Below are positions 24,616 through 38,100 of a stretch of 64,000 nucleotides of DNA, piece after piece; positions within the stretch are counted from its first letter, which is position 1, and the number at the start of each line of letters is the position of its first letter. The DNA comes from Chlorokybus atmophyticus (lineage: Eukaryota > Plantae > Mesostigma and Chlorokybus algae): the NCBI GenBank assembly GCA_009103225.1, contig RHPI01000638.1, forward strand, positions 372,001 through 436,000. Reading direction: 5' to 3'. Under the pieces are notes generated by a model, which saw only the letters and a list, made by a program, of their open reading frames with translations, searched no databases and had not been told where the DNA came from. Both the position numbers and the translations under genes were made by a program.

Positions 24616-26339
24616 GCACGCTGGCGCGCAGGTAAAGGTAAGCACGCACTTACATGTATGCGCGAGCACGCACGTTGTTAATAGCAGCTGTGAATGCTGA
24701 GCGCTTGCAGGTGGCAGCAGAGTTTGCTCGCTATGTTGTGTGGAGTGGTTTGGTGGAGAGCCAAGCGCCTCCCGAGCTATCAAAAATGCCTGTGAAAAGC
24801 GGGCCAATCCGAGGATGTTGGCAGCGTTGCCACCAGCAGGCTACTCGCTATTGTTGGCTTGCTTGTTGTTAAGTGCACTGCCAAGCGCAGCACGAGACAG
24901 CCTCATCACGTTCAACACCAATCAGGGCCAGTTGTACAGCAATAGACAGGTAAGGAAGCACCTTTGACACTCGCACTGCTCGGCGCACTGTTTGCTAACT
25001 GAGTTTTACCATGAACCTGTACTGTGGCAGCTATTTTAAATCAAATGAGTCAACTGGTTCGAGACCAAAAAAGCGCAATACGGTACGTGCAGACAAGCAA
25101 CGTACATGCTGGCAAAACCTCCAACCGTACACAAGTATGTGGTTTTACATGACAAGCCATCGTGCATGGGCTGTAGAAAGTCTCTATGGAATCGTTCCTC
25201 GACAGCATTGCTGACAATGGCTTCGAAGCCTTGTGAGTGCCTCTTTGCAGTGGGCGCCATACTCAATCCAGCAGTAAGGTCAGCACGATTAACACGCATA
25301 TAAACTTTGTCCTTCATGTCTGGGACACATTTACCATGCACTTTTGACACTCTCACTCACACGGACACTCAGGGATATTGCCCGGAATGTCAATGCTGAT
25401 ATCGCAGACGTGCGGTTACTGGATGCGCTGGACATGCTGATATGAAGTAAGTGTTGAAGCACTTCGCAGCGTGGTTGTTTGCAGGAACAACCATTTGTGA
25501 TGAACACTCCTATCCGACCTTATTAGGGAGGGCTGAGGGGTGTCCTATAGGAGACCCTACTAGCTAGTGCCGTTGCACTTGCATTGTCTGCAGGCAGGTG
25601 TGCCCACTGACAGATACCGATTACATCATGTCACCGAGGACTTCGTCAAGCAGGTGCATGGCGTGAGCTTTTGACTCATGAGTCGGTGCAGAACACTTGT
25701 TGTAGACAACCATTGCTGACGAGCATACCATGCCGGTCGGTGCTGTTGAATCCGTGTTGCGACTTTTAGAAAGTATTTGCGGGGGAGCTGAAAACATGCA
25801 CCCATAGTATGCAATGGGATGCACCGCACCAAGCTATAATGGCATGCAATGCACCATATTGTATGCATACGCGCATGCGTGTGCCTATGTAACTTGAGGT
25901 GGCAACATGTTAACATCACAAACTTGCGCAAATGGTGACATAGGGTCATGGGTCATATTGTCACCTCCAACCAGGACCAGGCTGCGACGCGACTAAGGAA
26001 ACTACACACAGGTACTGAGACACCTGCACGTAATGCGCAGCGTATTTTACGCAATTGGAAAAACAACCGTGTTGATGAAAGAGCCTGTGAGCACTAGCAA
26101 CCAAGTATGCTAAGATGGCTACGCTGCCACTGAACTCTGCGAGAGTCTTTGAGCAGCAAGATGTTCATGATACACACACACACAAGTGTGTCTTATGCCA
26201 CTGCTAGCCTAGCACATGGTAGACAATTGCACAGCAATGTATTTGCTGACCGTCCCTTTGCGGTTACTTGAAAATAATTATGACTGCCCTCATACAGAAT
26301 TTGTGTAGAAGCAACCACTCCTCAATAAAAACTCCTCAC

Positions 26340-26760
26340 GCTGCAAAGTGAAGTTGCTTGTGTGCCACGCCAAGTGGTCGTGCAAAGTGATGGTTGCGGG
26401 CGGACGGTGCGTGACCAACAGTGGCAAAATTGGAATGGCAGAGGGCAGAAACGGAAGGGGATGTTGCCGCAGGAGGCTGTTAATGTTCTGTGTAAAGAGA
26501 GGCACTACATGCGCATATGCCGCAAACGCAATGTGCACATGCACATGCCGCATACGCAGTTCAAGCAGCCTGATGAGTGGCGTGTGCCGTGCTGCCGTCC
26601 GGATGGTCAAGTCGTATGCAGTTCCGTGTGTACTACATTGCTGCAAGTGTGCACGTGTACATGTGCAGATGTGCGCACGTATAAACATGCGTGAGTACGC
26701 AAAACTTGACGATGAGTGTGTGCGCGCTTGCACGCACATACGTGTATAATCAGCTTGTAA
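26340..26760 (+). repeat. Decayed dispersed repeat, copy 3
   Basis: gcagagggcagaaacggaaggggatgttgccgcaggaggctgttaatgttctgtgtaaagagagg matches copies 1 and 2. Confidence 0.65.
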
Positions 26761-27991
26761 TGATCATTAATACGAATTTGAAAAGCTCAGTGTCCACGGA
26801 GCATGAGCACTCTGCGCTTGACGATAGATTTTGCAAAGCTAAAACCCAACCAATTTATAAGATAACTTGTTAAAGACCAACAGACTGTGTATTGTGACAA
26901 CGTGCACATTTGGGCTAGAATTTATAAACCATTCAATAAGTTGCAACGTAAGGACTCCTGCAAGATCAAGGGTCAAGAGGGCTTGTGTATATTTACGTAA
27001 TTGCTTATGGATTATATAATGACTATGGTCCATGACGGCTCGCCAAAATTGATTATTTAATAAAATTACGTTTGTCTCTTAGATTTCACGTACCGTAATT
27101 AAGTGTTCATTTTTTACATGCAACTATTGATGTTGCACACAATATGTGATGTTTATTACGAACTAGGTGTGGCATTATTGTGGTAGTGCCACAAAATCTT
27201 TGTAAAACAAGTACCTCTAGCAGACAATTTATTGAACTGTTATGCATAGTCTCAGTAGTTATTGATCAGAATGCATAGTCTGGCGCGGTCCTGACGAAAT
27301 GAAAACCAATTTCTTGTCCTGCTGCATTTTAAAGATTTTGCGGCACCACGGTAAATCAACATGTATGATGCGAGATTATATTATGTATGTAGGACTGCTT
27401 GACTTAAATTAACGTACACGCTTGTACAATCATGTGTCATCGTGTATCATTGCCAACCGACAGCAGTTTTTTAAGACACATTGATGTAACAAGAACATGC
27501 AAAAAGTCATGGACAGTTTAATGGTATTATTGATGTCCGAGCACTCATATACCGAATTTCAAATGTACACTTCGTGACAATGGCTATCAACGTCTAGGTC
27601 ATATCGCTTACTTAAGTGCAATGTATTCCTTGGATGGCATTACCTAGATTGAACACTTCGGTCTCAATTAAGAACGCATAATAATCAATATCAATATTGT
27701 ATAACTTTTTAAAACACAAAAGTTATAAAAGTATCGATTTTTACGTGACAGTAACAACACTGACATATTATTGTTATAGCATGTATTATAGTAAATATAT
27801 CTTTGGAACCAGTTTCATGCTTGAAATCATGATGGTACCAACCCGTAGTATTCACCCTCCTGACCCTACATATCATGAACAAGAACAGTTGATGCTTATA
27901 CTCAGTATACTCATCTACCCTATATCCAGCCCAACCACAAGTGCATGCATATGGGCAAGGCGGGGCAGGCCAGGGCGGCGGCGAGCAGGTG

Positions 27992-29725
27992 ATGGAGGCG
28001 GTGGATGCGCTGCTGGCTGCCGGCGACCTGGACGCCATTGCGCCGCACCTTGACGACTTGGAGCTCCGCCTTGCCGCCCAGGCCGCAACTGGCGCCTCAC
28101 CGCAGGCGGACTGGCCCTGGGCGCTGCACCTTGTCGCCCACCTGCTTAGAAAAGATAGGTCGGTGCTTGAGGTTGTCTGTCATAACACAACTCAGCCGCA
28201 TGATGTTTGGCTTGCAGATGTTGCTGCGATCAGCAGCGGTAACTTCTGTTGTAGTTGTAGTTGTTGTAAATGTTGCTGCTGCTAGCAGCCTGTGAGACAG
28301 TTGTTAACAAATGAGACAAGCAAGGAACACGAGCATGGATGCTTGCATATGGTGGTGGTGCTGCGTGTGCTAAGTTGCTAGATTGATTGTAAATTTGCAA
28401 AGGGGTAGTGGGGTGTTACCGAATCCAATTGCCAGCTATTTGTTGAAAAGAACGCTTGCTGACAGTCAAGCATATGCTTTACATGCATGCATGCTCGCAC
28501 GGCGAGTCATCGTATGAGTCGCGGTTTGAGTTTGGCAATTGAAGTTGTTTCTATCCTGTGATCAATGAGTTGTTGAACAAACCTTCCACATTGCCAGTTT
28601 ACTGCAAGAGTGTAGTCCACCCCCTCCCGCTGCAAGCGCTTGCAAATACTGCAATTTGGTTTAGCCACTCAATCTCCACAGCATGACTTTGTCTCATTAC
28701 TGCAAATCTGCAGATGCGCTGCAAGGTTCTTGTGGCGACGCATGCCAGCTCAGTTGCGCGAGCGACCACGCGAAGGCTCACAGGTACACGCATGCAGGAT
28801 TATGCGCATGCCTTCCCCCCCCGCCCCCACCCACACACAACTTGACAAGGGGACTCACCCACAACGACACAAGTCTGCTCTTCAGTCTGATTCGCGTACA
28901 CAAACTCACTGTGGCAACGCCTGAGAAGGATTGTTATGCATCGTGTTGTTAGCTAATACATACATATCAGTTGCAGTGCGGGTTGCTAGACACTGCGCGC
29001 TCTGTGCAGCGTTAAGACCACATGCGCAACAACAACGGCATACATACTGCTGGCTGTGGTGTTCAGATCCAACTGGTAGGAGAAGTTGTGCGCGCGGCCT
29101 GGCGGCGTGACCGCGCCACTCTATTGCACGCCATTGCCTGCGCCCTGAGTACAGAGAAAGACGCTCGCTTGGCCATGCTATTACAAGCACTCGCTGGTAA
29201 GAACAGCAAAATCTGCATACCAGGTCTGATGTTGGGTTTCAGTCTGCAGTGTTGCTTGATTCTGCAATGGGCTTTCTGTTTTCCAGAATGCGAACGAAGC
29301 GCAGCATTTGAGTTGGCTTGCAGGGCGTACTCGACCATCAGCATAGACAACTGCTCGCGGATGCTGGCGTTGAGTCCAGAACAAGCTGTTGCATGTACGT
29401 ACGCAACCATATGTTGGCACGCTCTTTGGATGCCACATGCTTGCATACATTTATACTGTGTGTTGTCCATATATTGATATTGTGTATTGTGTATTGTGTG
29501 TACAGTGAACGGCCACACAGAGTGGTTGTGTGTGAACTGAAAGTCTGTGTTGTGCTTGCAGATGCTACAGAGCGTGGTTGGGTCACTGATGAGGCGGCGG
29601 GCATGCTGTTGGTGCGAATGCCCGCCAAAGATTGCTCGCAGCAGGTTAGGCTGGACAGGCACAATGAGGACATAGACGGCCTGCGGCACCTCACACAGTA
29701 TGTAGTGCACCTTGAACAGCCCTGA
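27992..29725 (+). CDS. CSN8: COP9 signalosome subunit 8 (PCI domain), about 5 exons
   Basis: MEAVDALLAAGDLDAIAPHLDDLEL...WPWALHLVAHLL; ARFLWRRMP; VRAAWRRD; FELACRAYSTISIDNCSRMLAL; RGWVTD...LRHLTQYVVHLEQP-stop. These are characteristic CSN8 motifs. Confidence 0.85.
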
Positions 29726-30650
29726 TTGCGTGTAGATAAACAAGGCCATTGGGAAAATGTTGTGTTGCTGTTGGTATGCTTGTTTGGCTTGCCTGTCACG
29801 TATGCCGCGCCACTTGATGGCAGACTGCGTGCCACTTTGATACATGGGTTGTTTGCATGCTGCTTCAGCAACTCTTTCGGCATATTGCCCGTACAACAGG
29901 CAACCGCGTGGTGGACTCTGCGTGAGCTAATATTGCAACATGCCACACACACTTCAAGAGAGTGCCTGCCGTACGGTAAGGTTTACCTGCTTTGTTATAA
30001 TTGCAACCAGCAAGCCGCGGTCATCCTTTGCATGTGCCAACCAGTGATAACATGACACTGCGTGAATTCCAAACAACAGTGAGCATCAGGTAAGCTGTAG
30101 GCGCATCATTAGGGTGGCAAGGATAGCCCTACCCCTCACAGTGAGAAGAGAAACTGCAAGCCACTAACAATTTGTTGGCATGCATGCAGCAAGCAGTGGC
30201 AATGCAGTGGAGTTGAATAATCTTGCCAAGTGCTACAATCTAAACCATTACTGTATGTACAAGGTTGGTGCGTTCACACATGCGCTCGGTTGGCACATTG
30301 CTTTGCACGCAGACCATGTTCGCGCAACTGGCATTGCGATGGGCCGATTTGAGAGTGTGCAGCATTAGTGAAAATCATCCAACTAGTACGGGTAGTAGTG
30401 CCTGCATGCAAAGGACATACCTGCAGTGCGCTCCTGCAGCTCAACAGTCAGCCATAAACAGTCAACTATGAATGGCCTGCTGCACTTGCAGTGGCAGTCT
30501 CTCAACGGGTGGTGTACAGTAGGGTAGCGGCAAATACAAAAAGAATGGGCTGGGCAACGCGCGCAGCAACTATGTATATAGGCGTCCCGAAGCTACAATG
30601 CAGCTACTTTGCACCTGAGCCACAAGCGCCTCAGCAGCCGCTCACGAACG

Positions 30651-33397
30651 TTACGAGCACGCGACCCGGCTGCCACCCGTGAAGTCGTTGGTATTATTCT
30701 GTTGCTGGCGAGGTCTGCCAGGGGAAGCCATCAACGAAGGTGAGGGCTCAGACACAGCTTGCTGATGTGGCTCGTGGTCTGGACTGGACTGTGTGCTTGT
30801 GTCCATGGCTTCGCGCGTGTCACCGGGTTGAGTAGATTGTGGTCTTTGTGCCAAGGGGGCAGTGGACACGGGTGCAACTGGCATAGTGTTAGGTGGCGAG
30901 CAGGGTAGGATGCCCGACGCAGCGGCTTGGAAATACCACGAGCGCCAAAGGTTGAGCTGCTGCGCAAAGAATTGTTCTGCCACGGCCGCAGCAGCCAGCG
31001 CGGGCTCACAATGAGCTGGTACATGCTGCTGCTGATGGGTTGAAGTTGGATGAGTGGCAGTGCCGGACTGTGCGTGGTTCAAACCACAAGTAAAGTGGCC
31101 AGGTGGAAACGGCATCGGTGGAAAGGGCAACTGGTAGGGGAATATGGGTGCAAGGGGCTGCTGTTGTTGTGTTCCAGCTGGCACCGTGGCTGGCAATGGG
31201 GGTGGTGCTGGAAGGACAACACCAGGTTGTGACTGTGGGTGGGAGGTCTGGCGTGAGGAGGGCGCGTCACACCGCAGCTGCTGCGCCACGGCTGTCTGCA
31301 CGGGAGGTGGCATGCTCGCCAGTGCTCTCACATAGTCACGCGGCCTCTTGACGTCGGCACCCTCGGGGTCGCTGTGTGCGAGACGCTTGATTGTGGTTGC
31401 AGGACGCTGCTTTACTGTCATTGCGCTTTGAGTGCCAAAAATGGGGTCTCGGAGTGCAGCAAAGTTGACTGCTCGGTTCTTTTCACTTAGCCACTCCTTT
31501 GCATCTGCAGTACGCCAGTACTGATAAGCCTAATGCTACTACAAGAGCAACCATGGGTCGAACAGCTTATCACTGCGGTTGGACACTTGTGACAGTACCT
31601 GCAGACTTAATCTGGTCTTCGATGCCCAACCACCTGTAAGCAGGCTTCCGAAGCGTGTGAATGTGTGTCTGCAGACATTGCAAGATGTCAATAAGTTGAC
31701 CGCAACTCAGCTCATATCCAGAGACAACCACGAATTTCAGGCGCATGGGAAGTTACCTTCTCTATCAGATGAAGGGACTGCAGTATGTTGGCAATGTCGT
31801 ACAGTCGCCTCACTTTGGCAGCTGCACGTAGTCAAGTTGCTATCAGCATGCCGCTACGTATGATGCAGGCAGATGGCAACAGCAGCTGTGCTAAGTACAG
31901 CACGGCACTAACTTACTCTTCAGTTTGGCATGATCAGTGCCACTGCCAATCAGCATGTTGGCAGCGCAGTCTAAGGAAACTACGAGTGTTTTGGATGCAA
32001 AGAACAGCTGTATGAACTTTTGACTGAGCACTCCTAGCGACTTTTCTTTCCGGCAGTCTGTACAGTTGAAAGATACTGGATCAGTACTGTACGTAATCGC
32101 TAACGCAGAGCAAGCTGCATGACAAGCGTACCTGGGGTTCTATGGGCATGTGCAGTGGTGCCTCCAGGTGTCGGTTCCCGATTTGTGATGTTGGCAAACT
32201 CAACTTGGGGCGTCTCCTGAGTGCATGGTTCTTCTTCGGAAGCAGGGGATTCCTGCATACGTAAAGCATGTAAGCATCAGCCAGGCTCGCAGTCAGCCCT
32301 TGGCTACTGGCGCAAGACTTACCGGCTGACTGTCTGGCCAGTTCTCCTTCTCCAATGTTAGGCTAGCCACAGACTTCTGCACACGCCATTGAGTTGAGCC
32401 ATTCATGGATGGGGAGTTTATGGATGCACAAACTGTTTGAGACTTACTTTCAGTCTGTCCAGTGCTTGCGGCAGGCGGGCAAAGCCATACCATACGTATT
32501 TATTCTTAGCTTTTCTTACAACCACCTGCGAAACAATATTCAGTCGCCTCAACTTATGAAGCCTTGTTTAGAGCATTCACAGGGTAAATCACGTACCTCA
32601 ACACTCTCCAATACATTGACAATGTCATATATCCTTCGCCGCTCCACGCCTGTATGATAAACAACAGCCATTCAGTCAGCCTTTTTGCATTGAACGCAAC
32701 ATTCAAGCTCTTTTGGCAGATGTGCCACAATTCAAGACACACAGCATACACTAAGCGCCACACAAGCTGAGGTGCTGCATGCATACTCACCAAGCCTGAT
32801 GGCTGCATCATCCAAGCAGATGTAGTCGTCCTTGGCGTCCCCGTACAAGTTGAGAAAGCTGCCAATATACGATTATGATTAGACGTGAGCAAACAACGTG
32901 CAGTGTGATTGATGAACCGACAACACAACACAACACAAATGGTGAGACACCGATGGCCAGCTTGAGACTTACTTCTCGCAAAGAAGCCCCAAGGACTTGT
33001 CTTTCCTGCTGTAAGTTTGCTCCAAGTTGCCAGGGCTTCCAGCATCATCCGTGCCAGCTAACGAGGGGGCATCTTCCTGCATCATGTTTGGGTCTCCAAC
33101 AACGCATCCTGGGGGAAATCCTGAGAGCTGCTCATAGTTGGAGCCCCGTGGCCGTGACGCCACTGGCTGTTTTTGTTGCACGGCCTGGAACAAGGTGCGC
33201 TCCGCTTCTTGGTTAGCAGCGTGCTGCGACAGCTGCGCCCGTAGGTCGGCAATGCCTTTGGAGGTGCCTGAAATCCCTCCAGACGACGATGCGCCACGAG
33301 CTTGTGCACCAGCAACCGGTTTGAATGCGTGCGGAGATGGGCGCTCTGCTGGAATCCCCCCTGAAGCATGGTTGACGCTCGGCCTTTTGGGGGTCAT
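30651..33397 (-). CDS. DEL1: Atypical E2F with duplicated DNA-binding domain (DEL/E2Fe, E2F7/8-like), about 9 exons; ends approximate
   Basis: DBD1: YSRKDKSLGLLCENFLNLY...[26 protein letters not shown]...KAKNKYVWYG. DBD2: RKEKSLGVLSQKFIQLF...AKVRRLYDIANILQSLHLIEK...RKPAYRWLG. Pro/Gln-rich C-terminus. Confidence 0.9.
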
Positions 33398-34028
33398 CGC
33401 TTGTATGCGTGCTTCTGTGCAGTGTTGCTGAGTCACTTCCTGCTGCGTACGATTGCTCAAAACCTAGTAGCTGCTGCCCTGCAGGCAACAAACCCAAGTG
33501 TTAGGCAGCTCTTGTGTGCAAGACACAACAGTTGCACTGGTAACATCCACCAACAGCATCCAGTTTGGGAGCCTCAAAACTAATGGAAAAGCTGCGTTGC
33601 AGTGACAAGAAGTCTGTGGGTTGCTAGATCCTGTGGCTTATGCACGAAGCTGAATAAGCACCATCAGCACCTAGCTGCGCCAAGGATGTGATCCGCCTCA
33701 AAGACTTGCCATGCACTGACACGATCTATTAAAAAAGACACTCAGATTCACAACCAAACATACAGGGCCAAACACCAATACACACACAGCATGTCCAGCT
33801 GGCTCTTGGCCACCATGCCACAGCACAGCGCACCTGTAGAATTTGTCGCCAGCAAGCGTGCACGCCAGGCAACGAGCGGAAACCTAGCTGGCCACTAAGA
33901 CTACGTTCACACGTCTTGTCTACAAGTGGTGCGTCTGCTCCTCCGCCGGTAGCAGCTCTGTGGCCACCGCCGACGACACCGCCGCCGCCAACAACTCCTC
34001 CGCAACGACAACAACGGGAAGAAAAATG

Positions 34029-34150
34029 CCGCCAAATGCACGCTTAGCTTTGATCAGCAGGCAAATTCGTGCCTGCATTTTTCGCGCGATTTGAATTTGC
34101 GCACTCCAACCAGAGGAAAAGTTGAACGTTTGTTGTCGCCGAGCGGGAAA
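34029..34150. promoter_or_regulatory. E2F-consensus site cluster plus CHR-like TTTGAA in the DEL / coiled-coil divergent promoter
   Basis: CCGCCAAA (34029-34036, reverse of TTTGGCGG), TTTCGCGC (34080-34087), TTTGAA (34090-34095) and GCGGGAAA (34143-34150). Confidence 0.6.
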
Positions 34151-35175
34151 CCGGGCGCGGCAACCGGATCGGGATCGGACAGCCTTGAGAAAGACGGAGT
34201 TGGCCGAACTGGAACACGCGCGCCCGTTGGGCGCTTTATTGTCGGATGCACTGACGTAAGGCGTTTCTATGCAGTCCATTAAAAAAACCTAATTTGGCCT
34301 GGCCTGATAAGCCTGGCCTGGTCCGGCCTGGCCTGGCCTGGAGGCTGGCGCGGGTAATGCTGGCGGAGTGGTGACGCAGCGGATGAGGGACTGACACGTA
34401 AGGTCTAGCAGCGTCGTCGTAGCTGTGTCTGTCGTCTTGGTTGTTGGTTGCTACCACCGCCCTATGGGGAATGTAGGGTTGTTAGTGTCAGGATGTCAAT
34501 GTCTGAATAAAAAGTATGTGTGTGGGTTGGTGTGCACTTGCCTTACTTGCTGCTACTACGCATTCGGAATCTTGAGGTCGAACGCTGCAAGCTAGTGGCG
34601 AGCTGGCACAGTTTAACAGCACTGCCTTTGGCGTTGTTTATCATAAGGGTGCAGTGCACAGAACGCCATTTGGGACACGAATCTACGGCAGGTTCTCAAT
34701 GCCTAGCACCGCAGTCAAGAAGACCTCGTGCAGCACGTCGTATTGTACAGTAGTCGTTCGAACCGAAAGCTGGAAGAGACATGTGGTCGCTTTGTGCAAT
34801 CATGTACCTCGAAGAGCTTGTATTCATGCCACATTGTGGCTTTTGACTACGATATACTGAGTCAGGACTTACTAGCGCATCTTGCTAGTGCTCTTGGTGG
34901 CGCAGTAGGCTCCTTTGCTGGATTATACCAACATGTGTAAGCCAATGTCAAGACATGAACGTATTGACATTTTGTAGGGGTCGCAGAGTTGTTCTTAGAC
35001 ATAACCGCAGCAGCTTGGTCACGCAGCCTGTTTCAGTGTCAATCAACAGCATAAGCAACAGCTTGGCAAGTTAAAGAGCAAGTTGGCAAAAGCAGGTGGC
35101 AATGGCGCCGAGTGCGGGTGGGGATTGAGGCACCTCCATCTGAGGTGTGCATAACGAGGACTTGTTCCGGGTACA

Positions 35176-38100
35176 ATGGCGCCTATGCACGGGAGACCAG
35201 TGAGCGCAGGTGCCACGCCGACGGGCGGCACCAGCAGCGCCAGTGCGTCTCCGGTGCTGGCACGCCTCCAGGCGCTCAGCACCCAGTGGGAGAAACTGGA
35301 GACCCGATCCGCACAACGGCAGGTGGGTGTCAGCGTTATATTCACGCCTGAACAGTGTATGCACACTCAGGTGCACAGAGGGCACGGACATGTGCACAGA
35401 TAGACAAGCACACGCGCACGCACACACTGGTGCACTCAAATGTCTGTGGCAGCTCGTATGCGCATGTTTACTTCGTGTGCGTCGTGCGCTACTACTGATA
35501 ACATGCATCCACACCCGCGCAAGCACTCACACACACACCTACCCTCTATAGCGGCACATGCAGCGCCGCATTGGTATGCATGTGTGTTTGTTAGTAAGTT
35601 TGGTTGTGAAGTACTGAGGTGAGGTGGGACCAGTGTCTCTCAAGACGAGTGTTTGACATTCTCATCCGCGCTGGAGAGGGCACCATGACCAAATGGTTGC
35701 ATTGTCATGCGTCACAACTTCATCTTCCAGCGGTGGCAGTAGTGTGCTTGTGTGCACGGGTCACTGTGCTTGAACCTGTCGTAGTGTTGACGTCATTCTT
35801 GACAAATTTACGGACTCTCTTTGCTATCAACATCGGCTGGCTGCCACGCCACTGGTTCCCGCCATAGCACACCATGCACACACACCCTGTGGTCGGTGTC
35901 TGGAAAGGCCCCGTTTGCGAACTTTCTGTTGGTTGCAGGCAGAGAAACAAGCATCATCTGCAAAGGCGCGGGCGCTGCTGAGTGAGGTGGATCACCGTGT
36001 GGTGGGCGAGAACGGCTACCACCATGCCCATGGCAATGGCAGCACCGCTCACTTTGCCTATGAAAATGGCCACTACACACCCTACCCGGAGACCAACGGC
36101 AATAGTGGTTTCTTCACTCCTCCACCTCGCATCCGCCAAACACAGTATCCCCACACACCCAACAACGGTGTCAACACGAATGGCGTCCACACTGCTTCCA
36201 GCAGCCCTACTGACCTCGTGGCGGAACATGCCTCTCGCCAATTCCTTCAACATGTATGAGCTGTTGATGCTGTCAATGGTGGCGGCGTTATGCCATGTCA
36301 TCAAGGACTTGTTACTACCATAATCATCAATCCCTCCAACAGTAATCCTTTCTATCCCCATGCATGCTCATACCTGTATGCAACTATGGTCTAAAGTCTG
36401 TTTGCACACACTCTCATTTGGTTTTGCTCCTCAGTTGGAGGCCGAGAGGCGTGTACACGCATCGGAGATTGCAGCGCTGCAGTCAGAATTGTCCCTGCTG
36501 GCCCGCCGCCGTGCTTCTGCCGCGACCGAGAGTGACGAGGCAGAGGCCCTCGCGGCCGAGGGCCGCCTCCGTGCAGATGCTGCTAGACGCGATGCTGAGG
36601 CCGCCGTCAAAGAGCTCGATCGGCTCAAGGTTGGCACAATCAAAATGTTGGCAGCAATCCTTCACAGCATGTTGCTGCTAATATACAAGTCATTCAAGTT
36701 GTTTTATTGGCGTGTTGGGTGACTCACACGCACTCAGTAATGTTAGCATAGTAGTCTTAGAGGCTCTTGACAGGCATGTGTGCTGCATGTGTTTGCAGTC
36801 TCAGGTGGTGTCTGTGCGTGAAGAATGGGAGTCTCTTCAGGCGCAGCGTGCGGCGTCCATCTCGGCAGCTGCCACACTTGACACCGACGAGCGCCGCGTC
36901 CGGGCCGCTGAGGCCGCCCTTGTGGCCCGTGAGCAGGCCGTTGCCGATCGAGAGGTGTGTTGTTGTGTCATTTCAACAACTGCTGGTTAGTCGACCTTCG
37001 CTAACACGCGTCACATTCAGAGGCGTGTTGCGACACTGGAGCGGGATGCAGCAGGAGCTGCGGAGGCGCTCGCGCGTGCTGAGGCTGCCCAGCGTGAGGC
37101 CGCCACCCTGGCCCGTGACGCACGCGAGCGCACTGCGCGCGTAGAGGAGCGCGAGCGGACCGTCGAGGTATGTCATGCGCTATATGGTTGTGTAAATATT
37201 GTTGCGTCAACGCGCTGGTAACCAATGAACAACTTGTGCTTGTGTGCACATGCATGGATATGCTCCGTACACATACACACTTGACTGCCTATGCGTACTG
37301 TTTGTGCATTTGCATGCACAAGAATCTTGTGCATTCATACCTATGCACAACATCAAGTTCAACACAATGCTTGACGAGAAGCATTTGTTTTGCAAAGGCG
37401 CGCCATGCCTCAGTGGAAAAGGAGGCTGCAACTCAGGTGCGAATTCAAACATTCAGCATGACCTGCAAGCGCAGTTCGTACTTGGGTTACGAGTAATAGT
37501 TCCATGGCGTGCAGCAAGAAGCCCTGCATGAGGCCAAGGTCCAGCTGGCACAGCTGCAGCACCAGCGGGAGCATGCCGAGGACGAGTTCGACCGGCTTGA
37601 GCGCCGCCTTCACGACATGGATGGCCTGCTGCGGGAGGTATGGCATTATAGTCATGTTGTTGTCACGTCTTTGTTACTTGAGTTCAGGCATAACAGTCGA
37701 TGCGTGCTCGCAGGCTGAAAGCAAGCATGAAGAACTCAAAGCAGCATGCCGGCACATTGAAGCAGGTGTGCAGTTGTGCCTGCTCATTACGAACTAGGAT
37801 GCGTCCGTTGATGTTTCAATTCGCAAGCAAGTCGCACTGTCATTTTTGGTGACTTGGCACCTACATTGCAGCACGCCAGGCTGCCGTAGAAGAAGAGAAT
37901 GCAGCGCGAGAGCGAGCACGACGAACAAAAGATGAAGCCGACCAGGTGAGTTGGTTGGTTAGCAATCATGAAGCCACTCACGAGCAATGCCCTGCACCGC
38001 CAGCCTTCTTGCAGGGTTCTGATGCATTCAACTGCAGGCTTTTGAACGTCAGCAGAGCAAGCTGCAAAACACAAAAGAGCAGGTGCGATTTCAACGTCTA

